Assembly (NCBI RefSeq): GCF_009914755.1
Contig: NC_060932.1
Reading direction: 5' to 3' (one strand)
Length of the DNA stretch: 64,000 bases
From: the human T2T-CHM13v2.0 reference genome, Homo sapiens
Under the pieces are notes generated by a model that did no database searches, was not told the origin of the DNA, and saw only the letters and a program-made list of their open reading frames with translations. Numbering within the stretch: position 1 is the stretch's first letter; the number at the start of each line of letters is the position of its first letter. The translations under genes and the position numbers were made by a program. Of the stretch, positions 45,155 through 61,772 are shown in pieces.

Positions 45155-45385
45155 TAATGGAGAGTAGCATTAGAGCCATAAAAATCTAGATTCAAATCTT
45201 GACTTCATATATATAACTTTGATCTAGGACAAATCATTTAACTTCTATGAGACTTGGTTTATTTTTTAACATGAGAATAATAAAATGTTGAGTTTATGGT
45301 ACTGTTGTGAAGATTAAATCAGCTATGCATGTAGCACTTAGGATATTATATAGCACATGTGAATGTTTAATGAGTATCAGTTTCC
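45155..45385. mobile_element. MIR
   Basis: ttcaaatcttgact...gatctaggacaaatcatttaacttctatg...gttgtgaagattaaat. Confidence 0.7.
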
Positions 45386-45553
45386 TTCCCCTAAATTTGT
45401 TCTTTTTAGTCACCCCAGAGTCTGCCTCTGAAGATCATCTGTTGCCATTTTTTCATAACAAGAACGTATGAAAAACGCAGACTGGAGTTACTGCCCAGCT
45501 CATAATATCCTCAGTATCCTAGTCTATGCAATTCATTCCTTTCTTACAGTAAC

Positions 45554-45983
45554 TGTATTCGTCCATTTTGTGTTGCTATAAAGAAATACCAGAGACTTGG
45601 TAGTTTATAAAGAAAAGAGGTTTAATTGGTTCACGGTTCTGCAGGCTTTACGGAAAGCATGGCTCCAGCATCTGCTGGGCTTCTAGGGAGGCCTCAGGAA
45701 GCTTTCAGTCATGGCAAAAGGCAAAGGGGGAGTAGGGGTGTCACATAGAGGGACCAAGGGAGGAGGAGCCAGCCTCCTTTAAACAACCAGATCTCATGTG
45801 AACTAACAGAGTGAGAATTCACTCTTCACCAAGGGGATGGCACTAAGCCATTCATGAGGGGCCTGCCATTCATGAGGGGCCTACCCTCCATGATACAAAT
45901 CCCTCCCACGAGGCCCCACCTCCAATACTGGGCATCACTTTTCAGCATGAGATTTGGAGGGGACAAATATCCAAACCATATCA
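45554..45983 (-). mobile_element. MSTB-like solo LTR
   Basis: TG...CA termini; perfect TSD gtaac (45549-45553 / 45984-45988). Confidence 0.9.
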
Positions 45984-46144
45984 GTAACAAACTGTGTCTC
46001 CCTGGTTATAGGAGGAACATATGACCTAAGTGGACCAATCATAGGGCCTCACTTCTTCAGTTATATGGATTCATCCAAATCCAGCCAATTAGAATCCTTC
46101 CCTGTAACTTTTTTCCTCACTGGAGTTGACAAAAGAAAGTTCTC

Positions 46145-46437
<293 letters not shown>

Positions 46438-47232
46438 AAAAATTCTCTTTCCTTTCTGGTCATGCAGTTGTAAAGGTGAGGGGCTTGTAGTAGTGCTTCC
46501 TGCCATTTGGAGAGAGCCAGACTGAGAGCAGGACACCAGCAAGCATGAAGAAGGAGAGCTGAGAGATGGAGACAGCATTCAATGGAATTCTGCCTAGTTC
46601 TTAGGTCCAGTGATTCCTGAGGTCAGTCTACCTCTGGCCTTTCCATAGATTGATGAGTTGAGCAAATCAGTTGGCCTTTTGCCTTAAGCTATTTTGGGTT
46701 GTGTTTTTATAAAGTACAATTAAAAGGATCTCAATAGATCACTTTTCTCGATTTTGCTGCTTGCTGCCACCTACCACCTATTCTAGGTGCCCCGCTCCAC
46801 AACCTGTTATCTTTTACTTGCTTCTTCTGTGGCATGGTTGGCACCAAAGGGGCCTCTTTCTTTGACCCTTTTTCCAACACTGGCTGTAAGTTAACTGTAT
46901 AAATTACTCCATCCGACTGATTATTAAAAGTGCAAGAATCAAAAGGTGTAGAAGTTAGTCTGTGAAAACATGCTGAAAAGAAATGAAGCCACACATAATA
47001 TCAATTATGTAGTTGTTCAGAACGCAGACTCTGGAGTCCATTAGATCTGCATTCATATCCTGCCTCTGTCACTCACGAGTTGTATGACTCCAGGCACCTA
47101 CCACTCTGAACCTCAGTGCTCTCATTTGATAAATGAGGATAGAAATCCCTTTTTCATATAGTTTTTGTGTAGATTCAACAAGATAACATGTTTGATGCCA
47201 AGCAGAGCCCCCACTATATTGCTGATCCTTAA

Positions 47233-47550
<318 letters not shown>

Positions 47551-50200
47551 CATAATAGCAGTTATTAATAATGATGATTAAAATTTTCTTAAGACACCCA
47601 AACCCACCAATCATTCTTAGCCTCATGAAAGGTGCGATAGTCATGCTAATTTTGTGTGTATCCCAATATGCTTTAGTGTGAAACACACAGCACCACTTGT
47701 GAAGTGTCTTCTTGCCAGAACATTTTGAAACAAGCTGAATCTTTATCAAATCCAGCCACGAGAGCTCACTTACAAGAAATACAGCATGTGATAAACAAGT
47801 TAATTAAACTACAAGAAAGCAAAGAGATATATCCAGAATGTGAGACATACTAAAGGACAAATGATTTGATTTCAACAATAAATCAATAGCAGGGAGAAAA
47901 CCAAAAGAGAGGTAGTGAGAGATGGAGAGGAAGGGAGAAATAGAGAGAAAGAGAGAGACTGTGAGAGAGACAGAGAAAGACAGAATAAATTGTGGTTATC
48001 CTATTATCTCACCATGTTGTATTCAACTGAGGGGTTCTTGAAAGAGAACTGGATTCAGAGCCAGATAATCTGGATTTATATTTTCTTCAGCTACTGTCAC
48101 TAAACAAATAAACTTGGGGGACTCATCAGGGAGTGATAATTGAAGAGTTGATTTGATGTTTAAATGGGACCTTGTATACAAAAATGTGTAAAAAAAGTGT
48201 TGTATGAATTGTCTCATTTAAATACCTATGCAGGGAGCTATTGCAGTGCACACCGTTTCTCTCCCTTTGCTCATACTGTCCCCATGCACGTCAAACCTAT
48301 CTTCCCCATCCATTAATTCATTCAGCCAATGTGCTTTTACTTAAAAGCACATGTGACTGTCCCACATGTGTGCTTGGGATGGAATCATTTATAACGACAG
48401 TAAGAAAAGTCCCTTATGAAGAGTGTTTACAATGCAGAGAAAGTGTCCCAGCCGCATAACAAAATAAGGGCAGAGCCAACAAAATGCAGCATAGAGTTTG
48501 GGGCAGGCAGGCACAGATTGAAAACCCAGATCTTCCACTCCTGGCTGAGTAAGTCAAATCCACTCTCTACCCTTCATTTTCTTGCTCTCTTCTCTGGGAG
48601 ACTGACCTGTAGAAAGAACTTCAGGCTCTAGTACCCTCTAGCTCCACACTAGGTTTGGCTCCCAGAAGACAGTGGAGGTAGAGAGGAGAAGTGGGAAGTA
48701 CAGCCTCCTCCCTGAGTTCTGATTTAGGACTGGCTTCATCCTACAACCTGACTCCTCTCAAGGTGGCCTTCTGAACACAATTCTCTCCTTCCCTTCTCTC
48801 TTTAGTTCTTCGTTTCTAACTAGTTCTGGACTATGGCACCATCCCCTGTAGCTTCCTAAGGCTGCCCACACATTTTTAATAATCCTTTGTTAAATTGATT
48901 GTGAAGTAGCCTCCTCTGTGTGAGCCATTCAATTCCTATAATCCACAGGTTAATCTTGGGCAAGTCTCTTAAACTTTTTCAGCCTATGTTTACTGTCTGT
49001 CAAATGGAATTAAGTGTAATTCCTCTCTCATGGTCCTAGGCAACTTCAGTTAAGAAGGGTCCTCTGGAATATGAAAAAGACTACCTGGGAGAAGGACCAG
49101 GTCAGGGTTTAAATCTGATTTTTGTTCTTATAAACTCAGTTACCTTGAGCATTTTGCAACAAATCTCTTTGCAATTCAATTCCTTGTGGGTAAAGGGATT
49201 ATAACAAATGTTTAATAGGATTTAGAGTTTTGGCTTAGACCCTAAAGATTGGAACATAGCTAAGTAGCTGTGCATTCTAAAGAGAGGAGGTAGACCACTC
49301 TGGATGAGAACTGCCAGCCCATGACCAAATCTAATACTTTCAACAGCTTGTTTATGGGAAGATTAGCAGCTTCCTTAGAGGGAAAAAAATTCTTTCTAAG
49401 AGGCTTGTAGTATTGCAGATGGTTTGCTTTCATTCACTCCCAAGCAAAGTGAGGTAGTGTGACGCAGTATGAGATAATCCTGGAGAGAGGATTTATGGCA
49501 AGATGGTAGACTGGCATCACACTCCCAGGCTGGATGCTTGCTGAAACACAGAGATGCAGAAGCCAGTCCCAAGCTACTCCAGAGGGTGGAACATCATGGA
49601 GTTCTTAGGAGATCTTAAAATATATTCTCTTGACATTGAAAGCATAGTTTTTCTTCCTAGTGTTCACCTGGAGAAGACTGAGGTTGGAGCTTGGCAAAGC
49701 TACCCACAATGGCCGAGCAAGTATGTGTGCATTTTGCCAGAGCAGGCAAATGCCACAAAAGGAAGCCAGCTTAATTTATCTCTGCTCAAGGGGACTTGTG
49801 GTACCACCAGGGGCAGGAGTTGAGAGACGTCACAGGTTTCACCTAGCCCATGGCCAAGTCAGGGTCTCTGAAGAACCCCCACGAAAAGTGCCAACTGGAA
49901 GAGCCAACATTTGGATCTTACCATTTGGAAGGCTTTCAACAGTCAAGAGAGCATCACAGCCAGCATCTGCCTCCATCTCTCATCCCTCCACAGCTATTAT
50001 ATTGGAAAATCCATCAGCAGTTAGGTGAGTAGGGTAGGAAGTACAGCGAAGAGCGAAAGAGCAGATCCAGCGTCTTTACGCGTTTCCTGGCACCTGATCC
50101 TCCAGACAAGCCCCAGCTGAGCAGAGGGGAGAAGGCTTAACCTGAATGTGAGATTAAATTTGATTTAGATTGAACTGGACTTTTAAAATACTTGCAAGTG

Positions 50201-50524
50201 GGCTGGGTGCAGTGGCTCATGCCTGTAATCCCAGCACTTTATGAGGCCAAGGCGGGTGGATTACCTGAGGTCAAGAGTTCGAGAGAAGTCTGGCCAATAT
50301 GGTGAAATCCTGTCTCTACTAAAAATACAAAAATTAGCCGGGAGTGGTGGTGCACACCTGTAATCCCAGCTACTCAGGAGGCTAAGGCAGGAGAATCACT
50401 TGAGTCCAGGAGATGCAGGCTGCAGTGAGCCGAGATTGTGCCACTGCACTCCAGCCTAGCTGACAGAGCGAGACTCTATCTCAAAAAAAAAAAAAAAGAA
50501 AAAGAAAAAAGAAAAAAAAAACAA
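50201..50524 (+). mobile_element. AluS
   Basis: TSD acttgcaagtg (50190-50200 / 50525-50535). Confidence 0.94.
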
Positions 50525-51064
50525 ACTTGCAAGTGACTGGGAAGCTACAGAATATTCTCAATGTGTCATCAGGAAAGGCGAAGGCAAATGCAACTATATA
50601 CATTTTGAAGGCAATAGGCAGAAAAGCAAAGCTATTGCCTGATGGTATCACCCAGGTGCAACCTATTTTCAAGAAATTTACTTTGCAGAGTATTTGTGAA
50701 GAATAACTAAAATAACATAATGCAATACCTAGAATAGTACATCTTAGGATAGTAATATGTCCTCCTCATCATCATTACTAAAGATTTCACTCTATACATT
50801 GAACGTGCAAGTTAGGAACACATGAAGTGTTCACGTTCCTACAGAGTCAGTGTAGAAGGGTGGTTGCCCTAGTGGGCTTCAAGGCCAGTAATCTGTTTTT
50901 AGGGGACCTCAGGCCCCAGTGTGAACAAAAGGCCAAGAGCAAAACACAAAAAGCCCGTAGAATCATTCATGATGATTGTTGAACCAAAGTCTGATTGAAA
51001 CCCACATCATCTGTTGGTTGCTGGACTATCAGGGTCACACAATATTTTTCAAATCCTTAAAGCA

Positions 51065-51430
51065 GGCCAGGTGCAGTGGCTCACGCCTGTAATCCCAGCA
51101 TGTTGGAAGGCCGAGACGGGTAGATCACCTGAGGTCAGTCGTTCCAGACCAGCCTGGCCAACATGCCGAAACACCATCTCTACTAAAAATACAAAAATTA
51201 GCTGGGCATCGTGGTGCACACCTGTAATCCCAGCTGCTCAGGAAGCTGAGGCACAAGAATCACTTGAACCTGGGAGACAGAGGTTGCAGTGAGCAGAAAT
51301 CGTGCCACTGCACTCCAGCCTGGGCGACAGAGTGAGACTCAGTCTCAAAAAAAAAATAAAAGAAAAGAAAGGAAAGGAAAGGAGAAAAGAAAAGAAAAAA
51401 GGAAAGAAGAGAAGAGAAAAGAGAAAAAAG
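51065..51430 (+). mobile_element. AluS with long GA-rich tail
   Basis: Alu consensus. Confidence 0.93.
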
Positions 51431-51630
51431 GTGCTGGACGTAAAATTTTCACTATATTTGCTGTGCGTTTTCCTGCAGTATAAAGTGATGTTTACTAATG
51501 CTGAGCATTTCAGGTAAGTTTGCTTTGATCCCATCTTGGATTCATGACTGTGATTCACATTGATAAGCATCATTATAGTGTACACTATAGACCAGATACC
51601 TTTGTCATCTGATGTATTTTATAGGTACGA

Positions 51631-51924
51631 TTCTTTTTTTTTTTTTTTTGAGACAGAGTCTCACTCTGTTGCCCAGGCTGGAGTGCAGTGGCGTGATCTT
51701 GGCTCACTGCAACCTCCATCTCCTGGGTTCTTGTGCCTGAGCCTCCCTGAGTAGCTGGGATTACAGGCGCCTGCCACCATGCCAGGCTTATTTTTTGTAT
51801 TTTCAGTAGAGACGGGGTTTCACCATGTTGGTCCCGCTGATCTCGAACTCCTGACCTTGAGTGATCCATCTATCTCGGCCTCCCAAAGTGCTGGGATTAC
51901 AGGAGTGAGCCACTGCACCCAACC
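51631..51924 (-). mobile_element. AluS
   Basis: Alu consensus. Confidence 0.92.
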
Positions 51925-52154
51925 TAAACATTAAAATATATATATGTATATTTGGCTAACCTCTTAAAGGAAAGTTGCTATATACCTTGTATTCTATGAC
52001 TCCTCATTCCAGTATCCTTTCTCCTCCCCCATCATCCAGGTCACATAGGAGAGTGATCAGCATATCTTGGGAGCACAGTAGACACAGGTTAAGGAGATCC
52101 CCTGCCTGCAGTGTCCCAATCAAATCATAGGTAGGTATCGAGTAGACAGCAAGT

Positions 52155-52301
52155 TATTTTTTGTTTTTATTTATTTATTTATTTTTGGTAGAGATGGAGT
52201 CTCCTACACTGCCCGAGCTGGTCTCAAACTCCTGGCCTCAAGCAATCCTCTCACCTCGCCTCCCAAAGTGCTGGGATTACAGGCATGAGCCACCATGTCC
52301 A
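52155..52301 (-). mobile_element. FLAM / AluJ left monomer
   Basis: Single monomer ctcctggcctcaagcaatcctc. Confidence 0.85.
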
Positions 52302-52434
52302 GTAAGAGCTAGTTCTCAGAGCGAGAGGGAGTCAGACAATTGTTCTTTCTATTAAATGTTATCTTAACTGATCTTATCGCTAAACATATCAATTTTGGAG
52401 AAATAAGTGGCAGGAGATACGGAGACAAGAGTGA

Positions 52435-52785
<351 letters not shown>

Positions 52786-54908
52786 TACATTTGTTCTTTT
52801 TTTTAAAATTTTTAAATACTTCAAACTTGCATAAAATTACAGACAGTAAGACAAACATCCACAGAGCACCCACTCCCCAGATTAAATAAATGCTAACAAA
52901 CGCAACCTCACACATTTGCTTCACTTTCTCTGGTTGAGGCAGATCCAGAGACTTGAGGCCCACCAGACTTCCAGGGGCCCAGGATGATGTCCATTTGTCT
53001 TTGCTGTCTATGTCCACCTCTCTATGCCTGGAACATCGTTACCCACATTCTCCCCCAGTTCAGCAATCCATTCCCTTCTTCTCCAAAGGGAACCCAGTAT
53101 GGTGAAAGACAACATCAAAGTTCGTTTTTGCTTCACTCAGAGCTGTTGAGGTTTTGTTTTTGTTTGTGTGTAAGAAAAATTCTGCTTTGAGCCTCAGAAT
53201 TGAAATAGAAATTGGCCTGTAACTAGACTAAAATTGTGTGTACCCTGTCACATGAAGGCCTTAATAATAAAAGCTCTGTTCTTTGAAGCCCTGATATGTA
53301 CTAACCCATATATTGTATTATTATGTATTTGTCTTCCCAGGAACACTGTGAGACTCTGGGGTGAGCTTGCATTTGCAGACAGGAACTGAAGGGCTGGAGA
53401 GGTTACACTCACCCAGGTGCAGTTGCCCAGCATGTGAAAGAGGAGACATTCTAAACCCTGCACTTAAAAAATAAATAAATAAATAAAGTTACAGACTGTC
53501 TTTTGTTTTGCAATATCTAGGTTAGTTCCCTGTAGGCCTTTTCTATGTTCCAGATAGCTGAGGTTGAGAGGTACATGACTTCCAAATTAGTGGGGGAAAG
53601 CGGGACTACTTTACTTAAATGGATGTTTTTTACAGCAAGGTCTTTAATTCCTAGATGTAATTTTTATTTTATTTTTTAATTTAGATATAGGAAGGGTATA
53701 GCAGACCTTCTTTACTATTAATACCACTCTTAGGTCAGTGACTTCAAAGCAGCACTTGACACTGATTTTGATTGCATGTGATTCCCTGGGGGAGGGCTCT
53801 CAGGAGGGAGGATACGCAGGAGGTAGAATGGAAAGGTGGCTAAGCTGGATGTGATCTCAGCTGCAGTCTAGCCCTAACCTGATTGCACAGGGAGCTCTGG
53901 AGCATGAAATACACCTACCACGTTTGTTTCCACTTTGAAACATGGGGGCTAGCCTCTGTAGATGGTGAGACCACCTTCCCACAGCAGCTGGGGAGTTTGT
54001 GCAGGAGCCAACTAAAGAAAATCTGGAGAGGGAACCTACACCCCAGCTCCACTGTCCTCAAATGTTTGGACGATTGACTGATGAGGGCTATCAGCAGCTA
54101 TTTGCATTACTATAGAAAGACACAGACGAATAATTAAAAGGTTTGAATTGGCACCATAGAAAACTCATTATCATTTAGATAATTAGACACATCGAACCAG
54201 GAGATTGAGCATAGGGAGGTAGAAGGCTGGCCTTAAATGGTTAATTTCTTCTAGCACATGCAAAACCATTAAAGTGAGTGAGTTTGGTTGACGGCTGACT
54301 ACCTTCAGAACCTTCTGCTGTTCTTGCTGATGATGTCTTCATTGAGGCCCCACTGCTAGCCTTGAGATTGCTGATTTCAAGGCACTTTCAAGACAAAAAT
54401 AAAAATTCCATTTTCTTTCTGCAGGAGATGACTGTGTGCTCCCTTTGAGCTGGCCCAGGGGGAGCATTCAAAATACATTGCTGAAAGTAAATGGAATTTT
54501 ACAGTTATGTAAATTGCAACTCACCCCTGAAAACTCCATTTTATCAAAACTCCTGGTTAATACTGTTTTTCATGCTCAGGTATTCTCCCCAATCACACAG
54601 GCAGGGAATGCAGGAGCCCAGGAGGAGACTATTTCAGAGCAAAGTCCCTTAAAGAGGCCTCGGGTACTAATGTCCTCAATGTCTGCCTTGCAACAAACAA
54701 AACACAGACCTTTAACCTGGCAGGCAGGTGTGGGGGCAGAACAGAGGCCACCCTACTTAGATTCAGAAGAATTACCTTGCCTCTTACTAGCTATGTGCCC
54801 ATGAGCAAGCCATTTCCCCCCAACTCCCCAGAGTGTGAGTAGATCCTGTGAATATGGTAAGATGGTCATTCCCATGATTAGTTTATATTATGTAAGATTT
54901 GATTTAGG

Positions 54909-55253
54909 AATGAATTAATGGCATTCATAGTGACCTGGATGAGATTGGAGACTATTATTCTAAGTTAAGTAACTCAGGAATGGAAAACCAAACATCCTAT
55001 GTTCTCACTCATAAGTGGGAGCTAAGCTATGAGGATGCAAAGGCATAAGAATGACACAATGGACTTTCAGGACTCAGGGGGAAAGGGTGGGAAGGGGGTG
55101 ACGGATAAAAGACTACAAATAGGTTGCAGTATATAATGCTCAGGTGATGGGTGCACCAAACTCTCACAAATCACCACTAAAGAACTTACTCATGTAACCA
55201 AACACCACCTGTTTCCCAATAACCTATGGAAATAAAAAATTAAAAAAAAAAAT
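54909..55253 (+). mobile_element. 5'-truncated L1PB1-like 3' end
   Basis: gtaactcaggaatggaaaaccaaacat...ctcacaaatcaccactaaagaacttactcatgtaaccaaacaccacctg. Confidence 0.9.
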
Positions 55254-55254
55254 C

Positions 55255-55559
55255 GGCCTGGTGGGGTGGCTCATGCCTGTAATTCCAGGACTTTGGGAGG
55301 CCAAGGCGGGTGGATCACCTGAGGATCAGGAGTTCGAGACCAGCCTGGCCAAGCTGGTGAAACCCCGTCTCTACTAAAAATACAAAAATTAGCTGGGCAT
55401 GGTGGCTCACGCCTATAATCTCAGCTACTCAGGAGGCTGGGGCAGGAGAATCTCTTGAACCCAGGAGGCGGAGGATGCAGTGAGCTGAGACAGTACCACT
55501 GCACTCCAGCCTGGGCAACAAGAGCAAAACTCCATCTCAGAAAAAAAAAAAAAAAAAAA
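55255..55559 (+). mobile_element. AluS (Sq-like) in the L1 poly(A) tail
   Basis: Alu consensus starting right after the L1 A-tail. Confidence 0.93.
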
Positions 55560-55959
55560 CAGAATTGATTATATCAGACTAGAGAGAGATTCTTCCTGCT
55601 CTCTTTGAAGAAATAAGCTGCCAGGTCATATTAGATACTAAGGGAGGCCTCTAGGAGCTTAGATTAACTGCCAGCCATTAGCAGCAGAAAAACAAGGGCC
55701 ACAGTCTTACAACTGCAAGGAAGTGAATTCTGCCAACAACCTGATTGAATATGAAAGGAGACTCCTGGGTTCTAGAAGAGAACGCAATTCAACATAAATA
55801 TTGGTTTAAACCTTGTAAGACCATGAGCAGAAAATCCAGTTACTCTGCATCCAGACTTTTGACCTACACAAAATGAGATAATAAGTGAGTGATGTTTTAA
55901 TGGTTCAGGTTGTGATAATTTGTTATGTAGCTTTAGAAAACTACTATACAATTGGTTGT

Positions 55960-56812
55960 TCTGAAGAAGCATGTAGAGGACCTCCAAAATTCACTCTCCA
56001 GGAAAACAATGAGAACACTGTCAAAATCAGCTTTTCAATGGATTAAATCAATTACCATAAATGTTCAAAGAACTAAAAGAAACTATATGTAAAGAATTAA
56101 AGTATGAAAACAACGTGTCACCAAATAGAGATTATCAATAAAAAAACAGAAAATATTTTTAAAAGAACCAACTAAAAATTCTGGGAGTTGGAAAGTACAA
56201 TAACTGGAATGAAAAATTAACTGGAAAGGCTCAACTGCAGAGCTGAGCAGATAGAAGAAAGAACCAGTGAACTTGAAGACAAGTCAATTGAGATTACTCA
56301 TTGTATTACAAAAAACAAGAAGAATAAAGAATAAGTGAAAATAAACAGAGCTCAGAGACATCATTCTATGAGGCCTTCATTACCCTGATATCAAAAGACA
56401 AAGATGTCATAACAAAATAAAAAACCAGATCACTATCCCATGTGAATATAGATGAAAACTTTTCAGAAGGGTACTAATAAAATGAATACACTAACATATC
56501 AAAAGGATCATACACTATGAGCAAGTGTATATGCCAGGAATGCAAGGTTGGTTTTAACATACAAAAATCAATTGATGTAAAGGAGCATATTAATAAACTG
56601 TAAAGTTTGAAAACCACATAATCATGTCAAAAGCAAAAAATATTTTATAAAATCCACCATCCTTTGATAATAAAAACACTCAAAAAATTAAGAATATAAA
56701 GGAATTTCCTCAACTGATAAAAGACATCTATGAAAAACCCACAGTTCTTATCTTAACAATTAAAGGCTGAAATTTCTTTCCCTAAGATCGGAAACAAGAC
56801 AAGATGTCCACA
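55960..56812 (+). mobile_element. Old L1M ORF1/ORF2 fragments
   Basis: agaagaaagaaccagtgaacttgaagacaagtcaattgagatt (ORF1-like); ccaggaatgcaaggttggtttt (ORF2-like); resumes ~57455-57504. Confidence 0.75.
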
Positions 56813-57452
<640 letters not shown>

Positions 57453-57504
57453 CAATGCACTCTTGCAACTAATATTCAATATTGTGCTGAAAGTTCTTGC
57501 CAGT

Positions 57505-57824
<320 letters not shown>

Positions 57825-58319
57825 CTAATCATTTGACTTCAGGAGAGTTCTTGAACACCCCACCTAAGACCTACATGGCTTACTTAGGACACAAAATGCC
57901 ACTTCCGGCTTTACTGATTTTCCTTAACTTTACGTGATGTATAACTTGTCTACTTTGTGCCAGATATGTGCCTTGCCATTCAATTTCTTCCCAAATCTAA
58001 AGAAAGTAGTATTCCTGGACCTGCTTTACAGATGGAGAAACAGATCAATCTCCTGCCCAAGGTCATAGAGGCAATGTCTAGACTTGAACCTCAATCTTAT
58101 AACTAAGATAGATGCTTTTCCCCACTGCTGCCTCTGCTTCTTGTCATTATTTTGGGGTTTCTGTTGCTACTAGAGAGAGATGCATGATAATAAGCATAGC
58201 CCTCTAGTGAGATGTTCCCTGATATTTTGGTTCAATTTCTGAAATGAAAGTTGGGTGGCCCAGTCAACTTGTGAGCATCTCCCAGGAAAGGGGATGAATC
58301 TGAGGATGGGTCTATTTTC

Positions 58320-58745
58320 TTTGACCTTGATCAGCTAATGCTGGGCAACAAATCACTCCACAATCCAGTGACTTGAAACAATAAACATTTATTTCTCACC
58401 TGTGGATCTGAGGGTCAGCTCCAATTCGCTGGGCTAGAGTAGACTTCAGACTCTGGTGTGTAGATTGGGCTTAAGTCTGTGCTATTGGCCTCTATATCCT
58501 CCTTGGACCAGCAGGTGCCCAGTGTATGCACTTCTCATGTAGGTTGTGAAAGAGAAAGATGCCAGCCAAAGAGTGAGAGTACATTTAGGTCTCACATCAC
58601 ATTTATTAACATTCTATTGGCCAAAGCATGTACTTTAAATAAGCCAGTGATAATGGGGTAAGGAAATATACTCAGCCCACTATAGTGCACTGCAAGATCA
58701 CAGGATGGCAGAGGGAAGAGAATAGAGAACAAGAATCAAATCTAC
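58320..58745 (-). mobile_element. Old MLT1 LTR
   Basis: cagtgacttgaaacaataaacatttatttctcac...aacattctattggccaaagca. Confidence 0.6.
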
Positions 58746-58784
58746 CATGGTCACTTAGGACAACATGAAGCTACTTATGACTGG

Positions 58785-59012
58785 GGCAAAGACAGGCAAA
58801 CTAGGCTCCACTGTTCACATCAAGCCACTGTTTATTTTTGCAAATAATGCTTTATTGGTAAACAGTCATGATCATTTTTGTATGTATTATCTTTGGCTGT
58901 TTTTATGCTTTAATGGCAGAGTTCAATTGTTGCAAAAGAAAATGATCATACAACTACAAACCCTAAAATATCAATTGTCTTTACCTTTTCAGAAAAAGTT
59001 TGCTAATCCTTG
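58785..59012. mobile_element. MER58A-like hAT-Charlie MITE
   Basis: ggcaaacta...tttattggtaaacagtcatg...cagaaaaagtttgctaatccttg. Confidence 0.7.
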
Positions 59013-59096
59013 TGCTAGGATATACAGTAATTTGTGAGGTATTTTAAAATTAAGTAAAACAAAAAATAACAAACCCATTTTTTTTCTGAGTGCCTA

Positions 59097-59437
59097 TGTC
59101 TTAGTTCAGGCTGCTATAACAAAACACCATTAACTGGATAATTTATAAACAACAGAAATTTGTTGCTGACAGTTCTAGATGTTGGGAAGTCTAAGATCAA
59201 GGGATTTGGTGTCTGGTGAGGGCATATAGATATTCTTCATAGATGGTCCTCCACGTGATCTCACTTGGTGAAAAAGGAGACAAGCTCCCACAGGCTTTTT
59301 TTATAAGGGAACAAATCCCATTCATGAAGGCTCCATTCTCACAACCTTCTAAAGGCCCCACTTCTTAATACTATTGCATTTGGGGTTAGGTTTCAACATA
59401 CGAATTTGAGGGAGATGCCAACATTTAGACCATAGCA
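59097..59437 (-). mobile_element. MLT1A/MSTD-like LTR
   Basis: tgtcttagttcaggctgctataacaaaacacc...aacatttagaccatagca. Confidence 0.85.
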
Positions 59438-59542
59438 GTCTACTATGCCCCTAAACTCTTATAAGCCAAGAAGCAGTAAAACACATACTTAGTCACTATG
59501 TGACCTTAAACGAGTTATGTATATTCTCTGAGCCTCAGAATC

Positions 59543-59924
59543 TGTATTAGTTCATTCTCACACTGCTATAAAGAACTATCTGAGACTGAGTAATTTATGA
59601 AGAAAAGAGATTTCACTGACTCACAGTTCCAAAGGCTGTACAGAAAGCATGGCTGGGAGGCCTCGGGAAACTTACAATCATAGCAGAATGCAAAGGGGAA
59701 GCAAGCACATCTTAACTATGGCAGAGCAGGAGAGAGAGAGTGCAGGGGAAAGTACTACACGCTTTTAGACAACCAGATCTCATGAGAACTCACTAGCACA
59801 CAAGAACAGCAAGAGGGAAGTTTGCCCCCATGATTCAATCACCTCCCACCAGCTCCCTCCCCTAACATTGGGAATTACAAGTCAACATGAGATTTGGGTG
59901 GGGACACAGAGCCAAACCATATCA
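59543..59924 (-). mobile_element. MSTA solo LTR inserted into a MIR
   Basis: tgtattagttcattctcacactgctataaag...gacacagagccaaaccatatca. Confidence 0.9.
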
Positions 59925-60007
59925 GTGTTCTCGTCACCAGAATGGGAAGAATTACAATATTATCTGCTTCACTGGGTTGCTGTGAAGATTGGATGAAGTA
60001 ATATACA

Positions 60008-60460
60008 TTGTTATGTGTTAAATTGCTTCCTCCAGAAAAGATGTATTGAAGTCCTAATCCCCACTATCTCAGGATGTGACCTTAATTTGGAAATAGGACC
60101 ATTGGAGATGTTATTAGTGAAGATGAGATCATACCAGAGTATTGTAAGCTCTTATCCCAATGTGACTGGCGTCCTTACAGAAGCCAGCCATATGAAGACA
60201 GGCCTGCAGGGGGAATGCTATGTGATGATGGAGGCAGTGATTGGAGTTATGCTGCCACAAGCCAAGGAACACTTGGGGCTACCAGAAGCTGGGAAAAGAC
60301 AGAGAATAATTCTGCCCTAGAGGCTCTGAAGACAGTATAGCCCTGATAACACTTTGTTTTTGGATTTACAGCCTCCAAAATTGTGAGAGAATACATTTGT
60401 GTTGTTGAGGCACCCATTTTGTGGTGTTTTGTCATGACAGCCCTAGGAAATTAATACACA
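60008..60460 (+). mobile_element. MLT1C-like LTR
   Basis: gatggaggcagtgattggagttatgctgccacaagccaaggaac...cagccctaggaaattaataca. Confidence 0.85.
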
Positions 60461-60503
60461 TTTGAAGCTCTAAGAATAATACCTGCAATAACTCCACAAC
60501 TCA

Positions 60504-60857
<354 letters not shown>

Positions 60858-60868
60858 CTAGATATTTT

Positions 60869-61170
60869 GGCCATGTGCAGTGGCTCACACCTGTAGTCCC
60901 AGCACTTTGGGAAGCTGAGGCAGGTGGATCACTTGAGCTCAGGAGCTTGAGAACAACCTAGGCAATAAGGTGAGACCCTGTCTCTACAAAAAATACAAAA
61001 AAAATTAGCTAGGCATTGTGGCATGTGCCTGTGGTCCTGGCTATTCAGGAGGCTGAGGTGGGAAGATCACTTGAGCCCAGGCAGTAGAGGCTGCAATGAG
61101 CTGAGATTGTGCCACTAAACTCCAACCTGAGTGACAGAGTAAGACCCTGTCTCAAAAGAAAAAAGAAACA
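60869..61170 (+). mobile_element. AluJ
   Basis: TSD agaaattattctagatatttt / agaaatttttctagatatttt. Confidence 0.92.
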
Positions 61171-61235
61171 AGAAATTTTTCTAGATATTTTTACCTTGTT
61201 TCTGTTACTCTTTATAATAATTTTATTAGGTAGGT

Positions 61236-61772
<537 letters not shown>

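Larger units (their letters stand above)
54790..55950 (+). mobile_element. MLT1E/F-like LTR split by L1PB and Alu
   Basis: acaactgcaaggaagtgaattctgccaacaacctga...gataatttgttatgtagc...actataca. Confidence 0.7.
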
